The notes beneath the pieces are model-generated. The model was given only the letters and a program-made list of their open reading frames with translations, had not been told where the DNA came from and did not search any database. Shown here piece after piece: positions 46,518-57,000 of a DNA stretch of 64,000 nt; the first letter of the stretch is position 1; the number at the start of each line of letters is the position of its first letter. The DNA is from Parcubacteria group bacterium LiPW_15 (lineage in GTDB: Bacteria; Patescibacteriota; Minisyncoccia; UBA6257; 2-01-FULL-56-20), in contig VMER01000001.1 in assembly GCA_007375645.1 (NCBI GenBank), positions 273,211-337,210 of the forward strand. The letters are read 5' to 3'. The position numbers and the translations under genes were made by a program.

Positions 46518-49500
46518 ATGGCCAAATTTACCCACCTACACGTACACAGCCACTATTCTCTCCTCGACGGACTCACGAAGATAGACGAACTTATTAAAAG
46601 GATAAAAGAAACCGGAATGGATTCCGTGGCTTTGACCGATCACGGAGTCATGTATGGTTCCTTGGAGTTCTACCAAAAGGCAAAAAAAGCGGGCGTCAAA
46701 CCGATCCTCGGAGTGGAAGCATATGTCGCCCCGAAAAGCCGCCTCGACCGGGACGCCAATGATGAAAAATATTACCACCTCATCCTCCTCGCCAAGGATC
46801 TGACCGGCTGGAAAAATCTTATTAAACTCGTTTCCCGCGCGAATCTGGAGGGCTATTACTATAAGCCCCGGGTGGATAAAGAAATTTTGCGCGAACATCA
46901 CGAGGGGCTTATCGCCCTTTCGGCGTGCTTAGGCGGAGAAATCGGCCAAGCGTTACTCGCCGAAAATTTTGAGAAAGCAAAAACCATCGCCCTGGAACAC
47001 GAAGAAATTTTCGGAAAAGGAAATTATTTTATTGAGATACAAAAGCACCCGAACATAGAAGATTCCGAAAAGATCGAAGCAGATCTTTTAAGGCTCTCCA
47101 AAGAAACCGGCATACCGCTCGTGGCCACTCAGGACTCCCACTATCCGCGGAAAGAAGACGCGCACTATCACGACATCCTCTTGGCAATCCAGACCGGCAA
47201 TAAACTTTCCGATGATGACCGACTCTCTTTGAAAGCGGACGATTTTTCACTCGCCTCCCCCGAAGAAATGGAATTGAAATTCACCTTCGCGCCGGAAGCG
47301 ATAGAAAATACCGCGAAGATCGCGGAAATGTGCAATGTGGAACTCGAACTCGGAAAAACCCTGCTTCCTAATTTTCCAAAACCGGAGGGTAAGACCGCGA
47401 ACGAATATCTGCGCGAACTCATGGAGGAGCGCCTGCCGAACCGCTATCCGGGCGATAAATTGACTCAAACCGTAAGAGAGCGGGTGGAATATGAATTCGG
47501 GGTTATCGAAAAGACCGGCTTTGCGGATTACTTCCTTATTGTCCAAGACCTTATCAACTGGGCCAAGAACCACGGCATATCCGTAGGTCCCGGAAGAGGT
47601 TCCGCCGCGGGCAGCATTGTTTCTTATATCTTGAATATCACCGATATCGACCCTCTGGTTTATGACCTGCTTTTTGAAAGATTCTTGAATCCGGAACGCA
47701 TTCAAATGCCGGATATAGATATCGACTTTGCCGATACCCGCCGGGGTGAAGTTTTGGCCTATGCGCGCCAGAAATACGGCGAAGATCACGTGGCCCAGAT
47801 CATCACTTTCGGAACCATGGCGGCCCGCGCGGCCATCCGTGATGCCGGACGCGCCATGGGTGTCGCCTACTCTTTCTGCGATCAGGTCGCAAAGCTTATC
47901 CCCTTCAATCCCACCCAGGGTATGAAGGAAGGCTGGCTCCAAAAATGTTTGGATGAAGTTGAAGATTTAAAAACCCTCTACAGCTCGAACGCTCAAGCCA
48001 AAGAGCTTATTGATACTGCATTACATCTCGAAGGCGTGGTCCGTCACGCCTCCGTTCACGCCTGCGGCACGGTTATCTCCCGCGACCCGCTCGTGGAAAA
48101 TGTGCCGCTGCAATTCGCCCCGCAGGATAAAGACATCATCATCACCCAAATAGAAATGGGCGGCATTGAAAAACTGGGTCTTTTGAAAATCGACTTTTTG
48201 GGACTCAAGAATCTAACCATCATTGAAGACACCTTGCGCCTGATACGCGAACTCCAAAATAAAGACGTGAAGATCGCCGAAATTCCATTGGACGATCCAG
48301 CAACTTACGAACTTCTCCAAAAAGGAGATACTACAGGAGTTTTTCAATTTGAATCTTCCGGCATGCGCCGTTACATGAAAGAGATCAAGCCAACCGTGCT
48401 TGAAGATCTTATCGCTTTGGTCGCCCTATACCGTCCGGGTCCGATGGAACTTATCCCGACCTTCATCAAACGTAAAAATGGGCAGGAAAAAATAACCTAT
48501 ATCCACCCGAAGCTCGAGCCGATACTCAAGAACACCTATGGCATCGGTGTGTATCAGGAGCAAATGATGCGCATCGCCCGCGACTTGGCAGGCTATTCGC
48601 TCGCCGAAGCGGACACCTTGCGCAAAGCTATCGGTAAAAAAATTAAGTCGCTCTTGGACGAACAGCAAGTAAGGCTCGTAAGCGGAATGCTCAAGAATAG
48701 TATTGACGAACGCTCCGCTAAAGCCATCTGGGAGCTCTTCCCGCCGTTCGCGCGCTACGGCTTTAACAAGAGCCACGCGGCCTGCTACGCGATGATAGGT
48801 TACAGGACTGCATATCTTAAGGCCCACTACCCCGAAGAGTTCATGGCAAGCCTTTTAAACGCCGATAGCGGAGACACGGAGCGCATCTCTTTCCTCATCA
48901 ACGAGGCCAAGCAATCCAACGTAGATGTCTTGCCGCCGGACGTCAACCAAAGCTTCACCCGTTTTTCTCCGGAGGGCGCGAAAATTCGCTTCGGTCTTTT
49001 GGCGATCAAAAACGTGGGCCAGGCCATCTCCGAAGCGATAATCGAGGAGCGCGGGAGCCGCGGACCGTTCAAAGATTTCGCGGATTTCTTGTCCCGTGTT
49101 AATCATAAAGATCTCAACAAAAAATCATTGGAGAGTTTGGCCAAGGGCGGAGTATTCGATTCCATGGGCATGGAGCGCAACCAGATACTCGAAAATATGG
49201 ATGAAATATTGCGCTTTGCTCAAGCCGCCAGAAAAGGCACGCAGGGCGCCCAAAATTCCCTCTTCGGAGATCTGCCTGCCGCAAGCATTCAAGGATTGAA
49301 ATTAAAGCCGGTTCCGCCCGCGGAAGTCGGTCAAAAACTTGCTTGGGAAAAGGAACTTCTGGGTTTCTATCTTTCCGAACACCCGCTCGCTCGGTTTGAA
49401 ACAAAGATCAAAGAAGTTAAAGCGAGAACAATAGAAGAGATAAGGAAGGCGGAGAACACGAATCTAATTTATCGCACCGCCGGATTAATTTCCAAATCGC

Positions 49501-49715
49501 ACAAAATAATTACCAAAAACGGCCAGCCGATGCTCTTCGTAACCCTCGAAGATCTGTCTCCTTATCAAATAGAACTCGTGGTATTTAATAATACCCTTCA
49601 GAAAACCCAAGACATTTGGAATGAAAACAATGTGATCATAGTTGAGGGCAAAGTGAATCACCGAAACGGCGAACCTTCGCTTATCGTAGAACGGGCAAAG
49701 ATATTGGAGACATAA
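46518..49715 (+). CDS. dnaE: DNA polymerase III alpha subunit
   Basis: PHP domain start MAKFTHLHVHSHYSLLDG; 1065 aa with polymerase core motifs; the only long plus-strand gene in the window. Confidence 0.92.
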   Translation: MAKFTHLHVHSHYSLLDGLTKIDELIKRIKETGMDSVALTDHGVMYGSLEFYQKAKKAGVKPILGVEAYVAPKSRLDRDANDEKYYHLILLAKDLTGWKNLIKLVSRANLEGYYYKPRVDKEILREHHEGLIALSACLGGEIGQALLAENFEKAKTIALEHEEIFGKGNYFIEIQKHPNIEDSEKIEADLLRLSKETGIPLVATQDSHYPRKEDAHYHDILLAIQTGNKLSDDDRLSLKADDFSLASPEEMELKFTFAPEAIENTAKIAEMCNVELELGKTLLPNFPKPEGKTANEYLRELMEERLPNRYPGDKLTQTVRERVEYEFGVIEKTGFADYFLIVQDLINWAKNHGISVGPGRGSAAGSIVSYILNITDIDPLVYDLLFERFLNPERIQMPDIDIDFADTRRGEVLAYARQKYGEDHVAQIITFGTMAARAAIRDAGRAMGVAYSFCDQVAKLIPFNPTQGMKEGWLQKCLDEVEDLKTLYSSNAQAKELIDTALHLEGVVRHASVHACGTVISRDPLVENVPLQFAPQDKDIIITQIEMGGIEKLGLLKIDFLGLKNLTIIEDTLRLIRELQNKDVKIAEIPLDDPATYELLQKGDTTGVFQFESSGMRRYMKEIKPTVLEDLIALVALYRPGPMELIPTFIKRKNGQEKITYIHPKLEPILKNTYGIGVYQEQMMRIARDLAGYSLAEADTLRKAIGKKIKSLLDEQQVRLVSGMLKNSIDERSAKAIWELFPPFARYGFNKSHAACYAMIGYRTAYLKAHYPEEFMASLLNADSGDTERISFLINEAKQSNVDVLPPDVNQSFTRFSPEGAKIRFGLLAIKNVGQAISEAIIEERGSRGPFKDFADFLSRVNHKDLNKKSLESLAKGGVFDSMGMERNQILENMDEILRFAQAARKGTQGAQNSLFGDLPAASIQGLKLKPVPPAEVGQKLAWEKELLGFYLSEHPLARFETKIKEVKARTIEEIRKAENTNLIYRTAGLISKSHKIITKNGQPMLFVTLEDLSPYQIELVVFNNTLQKTQDIWNENNVIIVEGKVNHRNGEPSLIVERAKILET

Positions 49716-50030
49716 AAAAAGAAAAACGGCCGGGGGGAACCCCGGCCGCGGAAAGAGGCGCGTGACACGTCAGACCGACTCGCAATCGCGGTTCTGCCTG
49801 TCGTCGTCCGCTCCCCGAATCACGAGATACATGAAAGCGCCAACGATGACGAGTGCGATTCCGAGTCCGACCATGACGATCACCTCCCTTGCTGAAAGTA
49901 AATATAAGCTATTCCCGAAAAAAGTCAAGTCCCTTAATTTATTTTTTAGGCCTCTTCGACAATTTAAAAAGCCCTCCTTCGCACGAGGCTACGGAGGACG
50001 CATGAATCCCTCTTGGGCCTCATAAGCGTC

Positions 50031-51503
50031 TTAAAGCGCCTTGCGCTCAGACCCGTGCGCCTTTGGGCGCATTAGGGGGAAAAACAATATCTCCCGAATC
50101 GGCTTGTCCATCAAAACTGCGAATAGTCTCTCAGAAATTCCAAAACCCGCGGTCGGCGGCATGCCGTATTCCAAGGCGGTTATAAACTCTTCATCCAGCA
50201 TCTGCGCCTCTGCGTCCCCCGCCTCTCTTAAGCCCATCTGCTCCTCAAAACGAGCCCGCTGATCCAAGGGGTCATTGAGCTCCGAAAAACCTTTACCAAG
50301 CTCTGTGCCTGCGGCCAAAACTTGGAATCTTTCCACGCGCCGCGGGTCTTTCCTGTGTCTCTTTGCCAGAGGCTCTATCTCTACCGGAGGATCCACAAGG
50401 AAACACGGGTCAAAAAGCGTCGGCCGCACTGTTTTTTTAAAAATAAGATCGATAAGCCTGCCCTTGCCCATGTGGCGCTCGGGGTTCAGTTTGAGTTCAA
50501 TGGCTTTTTTGCGCAGCTCTTCCTCCGAGGCGGAAAGCGGATCAAGCTTTACGGCTTTCTTGAAAGATTCCACGTAATCCACTTTTTTCCATTTCTTGCC
50601 CCAGTCGATTTTCTTCCCTTCATAAACGGTCTTCAAACCGCCGGTGGTCTTTTTGATCACAAATTTATAAGTTTTCTCGATGAACTTCATCAGATCTTCG
50701 TATTCATGAAAAGCCCAATAAAATTCCAGCTGGGTGTAATCCTGAAGGTGCTCTTTATCCATCCCCTCATTCCGGAAAATGCGTCCGATCTCAAAAACTT
50801 TTTCATAGCCTGCGACTATGAGCTTCTTGAGCGGAAGTTCCAACGAAATACGAAGATAAAGATCGATATCCAAAGCATTGAGGTGCGTTTTGAAAGGCTC
50901 CGCTTCCGCGCCTCCGGGAATAGATTCGAAGATCGGGGTTTCCACCTCCAAAAAACCGTCATTTAAAAATGTCTCCCGGAAAGCTGCCCAAAAGGCGGCC
51001 TTCTTCCGGAACATGTCCGAAACGGTCTTATCGGTCAGTATCTCGAGATACCTGCGCCTCAAGCGCAGCTCATCGTCCTCCACGCCATACCATTCGGACG
51101 GTATCGGCAAAAGCGCCTTGCTCAAAAGCCTTACCTCTTTTATTTCTACGCTCTCCTCTCCTTTCTTGGTTTTAAAAAGAATCCCGGAGATCTGAATAAA
51201 ATCTCCCCGATCCAAAGAATTTTTCCAAAGCGGAAAATCTTTAACGTTCTTTTTGGTGAGCACGCCCTGCAAAGACCCTGATTCATCCCGTATGTCCAAA
51301 AAAATTATGTTTCCCTGATCGCGGATACTCCAAATGCGCCCGGCAAGAAACACTCTCTTTTTCGCTTTAGACAATTTCGCGAAATCCTTTCTAACCTCCC
51401 CCAGCGTGTGGGTTCGTTTGCAATCTGCCGGATACGCCAAAAGCCCTGCGTCCTTTACGCGGGCAAGCTTCTTTAATCGTTCCTCGCGAAGAGCATCGAT
51501 CAT
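50031..51503 (-). CDS. lysS: Lysyl-tRNA synthetase (class II)
   Basis: N-terminal OB anticodon-binding domain and class II motifs; 490 aa. Confidence 0.9.
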   Translation of the reverse strand: MIDALREERLKKLARVKDAGLLAYPADCKRTHTLGEVRKDFAKLSKAKKRVFLAGRIWSIRDQGNIIFLDIRDESGSLQGVLTKKNVKDFPLWKNSLDRGDFIQISGILFKTKKGEESVEIKEVRLLSKALLPIPSEWYGVEDDELRLRRRYLEILTDKTVSDMFRKKAAFWAAFRETFLNDGFLEVETPIFESIPGGAEAEPFKTHLNALDIDLYLRISLELPLKKLIVAGYEKVFEIGRIFRNEGMDKEHLQDYTQLEFYWAFHEYEDLMKFIEKTYKFVIKKTTGGLKTVYEGKKIDWGKKWKKVDYVESFKKAVKLDPLSASEEELRKKAIELKLNPERHMGKGRLIDLIFKKTVRPTLFDPCFLVDPPVEIEPLAKRHRKDPRRVERFQVLAAGTELGKGFSELNDPLDQRARFEEQMGLREAGDAEAQMLDEEFITALEYGMPPTAGFGISERLFAVLMDKPIREILFFPLMRPKAHGSERKAL

Positions 51504-51517
51504 CGGTATGTCAGCCG

Positions 51518-51973
51518 CTATTCAACGCGGGTTATTTTGTAGGTGGCTTGGCCGTTCGGAGTGGAGACTTGAGCGCTGTCCCCGGCCTTCTTGCCCAAGA
51601 AAGCTGCGCCTAAAGGAGATTCGTTGGAAATTTTATTCTCTTCCGGCTTGGACTCTTCGGAACCGACGATGGTAAAAGTTTTTGTCACGCCGTCTTTTTC
51701 GACGGTCAAAGTGGAACCGATGCGCGCCTCAACTCCCCCATCCCCTTTTTTGATTATGGAAACATGCTTCATCATGTCTTCCAACTCATAGATGCGGGTT
51801 TCCACGCGGGATTGTTCTTCGCGAGCTTCCACGTATTCGGAATTTTCGGACAAGTCGCCGAATTCTTTGGCCCTGAGCAATCGCTCGGAAACTTCGTTTC
51901 TTTTTTGTCCTTTCAATATTTCCAATTCTTTCTTCAACTCTTCAAGTCTCTCGGGGGTAAGGTAATAGGTCAT
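51518..51973 (-). CDS. greA: Transcription elongation factor GreA
   Basis: N-terminal coiled coil with acidic tip (EFGDLSENSEY) and C-terminal FKBP-like domain. Confidence 0.88.
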   Translation of the reverse strand: MTYYLTPERLEELKKELEILKGQKRNEVSERLLRAKEFGDLSENSEYVEAREEQSRVETRIYELEDMMKHVSIIKKGDGGVEARIGSTLTVEKDGVTKTFTIVGSEESKPEENKISNESPLGAAFLGKKAGDSAQVSTPNGQATYKITRVE

Positions 51974-52054
51974 GGGTCGTATATCATATAACGCGTAGCG
52001 TGTAGCATATCACGCCCTGCGTTGGTTATTGATTATTATGCTATATGTTCAGGA

Positions 52055-52798
52055 CTACACGGTTCGTGCTTTGAATGGGTATTTCCTTCTCCAAAGCCAT
52101 AGGCGAATCTTAAGGGTTTCGATGAGAACTTTCAAGTAATCGGAAATTCCGATATGAGAACCTTCAGCGTTCACCCAATGCACGGGAATTTCCTGGATCT
52201 TGTAACCGAGCTCTTTGGCCAGCGCCAAGCACTCGACATCAAACCCCCAGCCGACTATTTTCATCATGCCAAATATTTCTTCTGCCGCCCGATCGCTAAA
52301 AGCCTTGAAACCGCATTGCGTGTCCCAAATCCCGGGGAGCAACAATGCCTGGATGAACAAATTCCCCAGCTTGCCGGGTATTTGCCGATAAAACGGTTCC
52401 GGCGGATCTAGTTTTGCGCCTTTGACCGCTCGACTTCCAATGACCACATCCGCCCCTGTCCTAAAATGTTCGATCATTTTGTCAAAGTGGTCCACGGTCG
52501 TGGCGTTATCTGCATCCATAAATAAGCGATAATTTCCTTGCGCGATAAGCATACCGTCCCTGACCACCGCGCCCTTGCCTCGATTCACATGATTGTCCAC
52601 TACTTTTAAATTTTTTATATGCGAACTCATCTTTTGCGCGACTTCCGCGGTATTGTCTTTGGAACCATCGTTCACCACTAAGATCTCGTAGGTGTAATCC
52701 ACTTTCGCCATGTGCTTATCGATATCGATAAGCGTAATCGGCAGACGTTTTGCCTCATTCCAAGCGGGTATGATTATGGAAAGATAAGGTCGAGCCAT
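52055..52798 (-). CDS. GT2-family polyprenyl-phosphate glycosyltransferase (DPM1/GtrB-like)
   Basis: SIIIPAWNE...VVNDGSKDNT...DADN motifs. Confidence 0.8.
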   Translation of the reverse strand: MARPYLSIIIPAWNEAKRLPITLIDIDKHMAKVDYTYEILVVNDGSKDNTAEVAQKMSSHIKNLKVVDNHVNRGKGAVVRDGMLIAQGNYRLFMDADNATTVDHFDKMIEHFRTGADVVIGSRAVKGAKLDPPEPFYRQIPGKLGNLFIQALLLPGIWDTQCGFKAFSDRAAEEIFGMMKIVGWGFDVECLALAKELGYKIQEIPVHWVNAEGSHIGISDYLKVLIETLKIRLWLWRRKYPFKARTV

Positions 52799-52863
52799 GG
52801 GGTAATTATACCATAAGAAAAAGCCCCCGAAGGGGCCGAATCCGCCAGGCTATGGCACGCAAC

Positions 52864-53625
52864 CTAGGCCTGGGTGAGTATCCTATGCCCTTTTTCTGTT
52901 ATGGCAATTGTGTGCTCAAAATGGGCGGCCATTGAGCCATCGGCGGTCACAAAGCTATCATCCTCAAGCTGCTTTACCCTCGGCTTCCCGGCGCAAACCA
53001 TAGGTTCCAAAGCCAGCACCATTCCGGGCTTTAAAACGTCCCATTCGCCCGGGAGCCCCTCGTTGAAGACATACGGGTCTTCGTGAAGCTTCCTGCCGAT
53101 ACCGTGCCCAGTCAGCCCATCCACCACGTGAAAACCATTCTTTTTTACGAAACTCCCGATTGCATAGCCGATATCTCCCAGGGTGTTTCCGGGTTGTGCC
53201 GCGGCGATTCCTTTTTCGAGCGCCCCGCGAGTCACGGATATCAGCTCCTGATCCTCTTTGGACGTCTTTCCGATCGGAACCGTGATAGCCATATCGGAAT
53301 AAAATTTTTCATATATTAGACCCAGGTCAAGTTTTAAAAGATCACCGCTCTTAAGCGCATAGCCCGAAGGAAGTCCGTGAACCACGCCGGAGTTTATTGA
53401 AGTACAAATGGTCGCCGGATATGGTCTGTCCGCGCCGCTCGGGCGGTAATTTAAAAAAGCCGGAATGCACCCGGATTCTTCTATGAGGCGCTTGGCTTCC
53501 CGATCGATCTCGTAGGTAGTAACACCCTCTTTCACCATGGCCTTAAGAGCCCTGACCACCAGGGCTAGGCGCTTCCCCGCTTCCGCCATTATTTTTATTT
53601 CTTCCTCGGTCTTTATAAGGATCAT
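52864..53625 (-). CDS. map: Methionine aminopeptidase type I
   Basis: Pita-bread fold motifs with metal ligands D..D..H..E..E. Confidence 0.9.
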   Translation of the reverse strand: MILIKTEEEIKIMAEAGKRLALVVRALKAMVKEGVTTYEIDREAKRLIEESGCIPAFLNYRPSGADRPYPATICTSINSGVVHGLPSGYALKSGDLLKLDLGLIYEKFYSDMAITVPIGKTSKEDQELISVTRGALEKGIAAAQPGNTLGDIGYAIGSFVKKNGFHVVDGLTGHGIGRKLHEDPYVFNEGLPGEWDVLKPGMVLALEPMVCAGKPRVKQLEDDSFVTADGSMAAHFEHTIAITEKGHRILTQA

Positions 53626-54293
53626 TACTTCAGTATCTTTTCGATACGTTCAAACACTTTATACGGTGCAGGCCTGGCGTCAAGTTTCAAAACCTTAATC
53701 CCGTTTTCTTTCATAAAATCCAGGATCGGTTCCGTCCTTTCTTTATATTCTTTTAGCCTAATTTTTATCGTCGCAGGATTATCCAAAGTCCGCTTATAAA
53801 ATGGTCCGCCGCAAACCGGACAGTGTTTTGGTTTTTTTACATCGTAATAAGCGGAGAGAAGACCGTAACCGCAAAATTTACACATCATCCTGTTGCTGTT
53901 TCTCTTTATAGAAACCTCTGCCGGCACATTAAGCGCAAAGACATGAAGATTCTTCCGCCCATAAAGTTTGGTAAGAACAGGAATAAAATGCTTCGCTTCG
54001 TACATGGTTCTAAGCGAGCCGCTAAAAATAAGACCGAAACCCGCAGCATGTATTTTTCTTGCTTCTATCTCTTCCGTTTTCACAACCCAGCTTGGCGTTA
54101 AAAGTATGCCAGTGTCGAAAAGTTTTCTTTCTCTTCGGATTATTCGATTTTTTTGGTTAGCCGGATCGTGCAAAATCTTTTCAAAGTATTTACCGGTATC
54201 AAAATGAATCATATTGAGCTTCGCCGCCAAAAGATTGGCTTGCGTCCCCTTTCCAGCTCCAGGAGGTCCATAAATGATAACTACCTTTTTCAT
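53625..54293 (-). CDS. adk: Adenylate kinase (Zn-binding lid form)
   Basis: P-loop GPPGAGKGTQ and lid CKFCG...CPVCGG. Confidence 0.9.
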   Translation of the reverse strand: MKKVVIIYGPPGAGKGTQANLLAAKLNMIHFDTGKYFEKILHDPANQKNRIIRRERKLFDTGILLTPSWVVKTEEIEARKIHAAGFGLIFSGSLRTMYEAKHFIPVLTKLYGRKNLHVFALNVPAEVSIKRNSNRMMCKFCGYGLLSAYYDVKKPKHCPVCGGPFYKRTLDNPATIKIRLKEYKERTEPILDFMKENGIKVLKLDARPAPYKVFERIEKILK

Positions 54294-54387
54294 ATCTTTA
54301 TTCTAAACCAAAATCGGATATATAAAAATACTGAATACAAAAACGACCCACTTTTTTGTGAGCCGTTTTCTTAGACCAATAAGATTA

Positions 54388-55659
54388 TTATTCTAAGCCC
54401 TCATAGCCCCTAATTGTGAGCTGTGAATTCACCTGCCTCATGGTTTCCAAAACCACGGCGACTACGATCAAAAGCGAAGTGCCGCTTATTTGAAGTGCGG
54501 AAACCTTAGTCACAGTCTGCACGAATATCGGCAGTACGGCGATAAGTCCCAGGAACACCGCGCCGGAGAGATTAACGCGGGAAAGTATTCTTTTGAAGAA
54601 GGAAGCGGTGGCCTCGCCCGGGCGAATACCGGTCACAAATCCTCCGCCGCGCTGCAAGTTCTTCGCTACCTCTTCCGGATTAAAGGTAATGGCGGAATAG
54701 AAGAAGGTGAAAGCCACGACCAAAATGAAATATAAAAGTCCGTACCAAAGTTGATTGGCCAGGAATGTGCTGATCGCCGTGTGAAGCTTAAGCCCTAAAT
54801 CCGCCGAAAACACCGAAACAACCTGCGCAAAAAACTGCGGGAAAAGCAAAACGGAAACAGCGAAGATGAGCGGTATCATTCCCGCTTGATTCACCTTCAA
54901 GGGCAGGTAGCTCGAAGAGCCTCCGTACATTTTGTTTCCCCGGATACGTCTGGCATAAGCGATAGGGATCTTCCTCTCCCCTTCGTTCAGATAGACAACT
55001 GCGGCGATTATACCGATTGCGATGATCGCGAAACCAACATAGGTCGGAAGCATTGCCGGAGTGTAGGACGCAATAAGAAGCCTGAAATCCGTCGGCAGTT
55101 GGCTCACGATACCAGCCAAGATGATCAAAGAAATTCCGTTCCCGACTTTCTGTTCGCTGATAAGCTCGCCGAACCAAAGCGCGAGCATCGAGCCTGCGGT
55201 TATCGCCAAAATATTTGTGAGCATTCCAAGCGCGCTCGGCCGCGCGATAGCGCCCTGGGAAATCAAAAGATTCAAAAAACCGAAACCCTGAAGCACGGCC
55301 AACGGAATAGTTAGAATACGCGAGTATTGATTGAACTTGGCCTGGCCGCGGGCGCCCTCCTCGTAATACAGCTGCTTCATCTTCGGAAAGATGATAGTCA
55401 AAAGCTGCATGATAATGGTCGCGGTGATATAGGGACCGACGCCAAGCATCGCGAGCGAAAGGTTCGTCAAACCGCCTCCGGAGAAGAGGTTCAGAAAACC
55501 GAAAAGTTGGCTTGAAGCCAGAAACTGCGCGAGACGCGCCGGATCGACTCCCGGTATCGGAATAGAAGCCAAAACCCGGAAAGCGACAAGAAGGCCCAAA
55601 ACAATGAGGACCTTGTTGCGCAAGTCTTTTACCCTGAAAAGCTCGAGGAATTTATTCAT
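54388..55659 (-). CDS. secY: Preprotein translocase subunit SecY
   Basis: 10-TM 423-aa protein in the spc operon position. Confidence 0.92.
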   Translation of the reverse strand: MNKFLELFRVKDLRNKVLIVLGLLVAFRVLASIPIPGVDPARLAQFLASSQLFGFLNLFSGGGLTNLSLAMLGVGPYITATIIMQLLTIIFPKMKQLYYEEGARGQAKFNQYSRILTIPLAVLQGFGFLNLLISQGAIARPSALGMLTNILAITAGSMLALWFGELISEQKVGNGISLIILAGIVSQLPTDFRLLIASYTPAMLPTYVGFAIIAIGIIAAVVYLNEGERKIPIAYARRIRGNKMYGGSSSYLPLKVNQAGMIPLIFAVSVLLFPQFFAQVVSVFSADLGLKLHTAISTFLANQLWYGLLYFILVVAFTFFYSAITFNPEEVAKNLQRGGGFVTGIRPGEATASFFKRILSRVNLSGAVFLGLIAVLPIFVQTVTKVSALQISGTSLLIVVAVVLETMRQVNSQLTIRGYEGLE

Positions 55660-55664
55660 CCTAT

Positions 55665-56111
55665 TTATTCTACCTTACCGCCGGCTTTTTCGATCTTAGC
55701 CTTTGCGGAGGCGGAAACTTTAAGCCCTTTTACGGTTATGGGAATAGTGAGCTCTCCTTTGGACAAAAGTTTAGCGATACCGCGAAAGTTTTTGGCGACA
55801 AGCCGCGCCTCCTTCAAGGCGGCGACATTAATAAGCACACTGTTATTTCCGGCCGCGAACTTTTTAAATTTGGACTCGATCGCGGAAAGATTGAAAGTCA
55901 CGACTTTGTTGCTCGTCGGCTTGTTCGCAAAACCGCGAAGCTTAGGCAAGCGCTGAATAAGATCGCGCTCGGCCGGACGGATAACGTGACCGGAACGGGA
56001 TTTCTGACCCTTCTGGCCGCGGCCGGAAGTGATTCCCCTCTTACCGCCTCGCCCTATGCGCTGCGGACGCTTCCTTTGTCCTACGGATTTTGTAAATTCG
56101 TGTAATTGCAT
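55665..56111 (-). CDS. rplO: 50S ribosomal protein L15
   Basis: Gly/Arg-rich N-terminus; operon position. No L30 gene lies between rpsE and rplO. Confidence 0.9.
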   Translation of the reverse strand: MQLHEFTKSVGQRKRPQRIGRGGKRGITSGRGQKGQKSRSGHVIRPAERDLIQRLPKLRGFANKPTSNKVVTFNLSAIESKFKKFAAGNNSVLINVAALKEARLVAKNFRGIAKLLSKGELTIPITVKGLKVSASAKAKIEKAGGKVE

Positions 56112-56115
56112 GAGT

Positions 56116-56640
56116 TTAAGCTTGAGCTTCCGCCTTCTGCGGCTTTATAAGACGAACCTTTTTGAGCGCTTCCATGGTAGCCATGGCATTCGTAAGCTTG
56201 TTCGGAGTTCTCGAAATACACTTCGCGGTCGCATCCTTAATCCCGGCGAGGCCCAAAACTACGCGAACGGCTCCTCCGGCCTTGAGTCCGTGGCCGACTT
56301 TCGCCGGCTTGATAATAACCTCAGCCGCGCTGTATTTCGCAGAAGCTTCGTGAGCGATAGTGCGGCCCTCTTTCAGCTTAATGAACAAAAGAGATTTCTT
56401 GGCGTCTGCCTTGCCCTTCGCTACGGATTGCTGGAAGTCGGCGCCCTTGCCGATGCCGACACCGACGCGGCCCTTACCATCGCCGATGACCACGGTCGCA
56501 CGGAAACGAAAACGCTTGCCGCCCTTAACCACGCGCGTTACGCGGCGCATATCCAGAACTTTCTCGTTGAACTCGTCTTTATATTGTTCGCGCGGTCCCC
56601 TGCCCGGTCCCCGTCCGCGATTATTATTGTTGAACATCAT
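56116..56640 (-). CDS. rpsE: 30S ribosomal protein S5
   Basis: Conserved S5 dsRBD plus C-terminal domain; operon position. Confidence 0.92.
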   Translation of the reverse strand: MMFNNNNRGRGPGRGPREQYKDEFNEKVLDMRRVTRVVKGGKRFRFRATVVIGDGKGRVGVGIGKGADFQQSVAKGKADAKKSLLFIKLKEGRTIAHEASAKYSAAEVIIKPAKVGHGLKAGGAVRVVLGLAGIKDATAKCISRTPNKLTNAMATMEALKKVRLIKPQKAEAQA

Positions 56641-56641
56641 T

Positions 56642-56995
56642 TTATATCTTTAATCCTGCTTCTCTTGCGGCTTCGGCCAAAGCCTTAACGCGCCCGTGAT
56701 ATCTGTAGGCACCGCGATCGAAAATAACTCCGGCAAGTTTTAGCTCCTTGGCCTTCTTAGCGATCTCGTCACCAACAAGCTTTGCGGCATCTATCTTCGC
56801 TTTTTTGCCCTTCACAAGATTTCTCGAAGAAACCGAAGCCAGAGTTTTCATGGCCTCGTCGTCGATAAGCTGGGCGTAAATGAACTTGTTGCTACGAAAA
56901 ACCGAAAGGCGAGGGATCGCTTGGGTTCCTTGGAGTTTGGCGCGGGTGCGCTTGGCTCTCCTTTCTTTTCTTTCATAAAGTAGTTTCTGTTTCAT
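56642..56995 (-). CDS. rplR: 50S ribosomal protein L18
   Basis: 117 aa; operon position; sequence typical of L18. Confidence 0.9.
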   Translation of the reverse strand: MKQKLLYERKERRAKRTRAKLQGTQAIPRLSVFRSNKFIYAQLIDDEAMKTLASVSSRNLVKGKKAKIDAAKLVGDEIAKKAKELKLAGVIFDRGAYRYHGRVKALAEAAREAGLKI

Positions 56996-57000
56996 GAGAT

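Noticed and set aside
47247-47942. 231-aa minus-strand ORF inside dnaE
   Set aside because: It is antisense to DNA polymerase III alpha.
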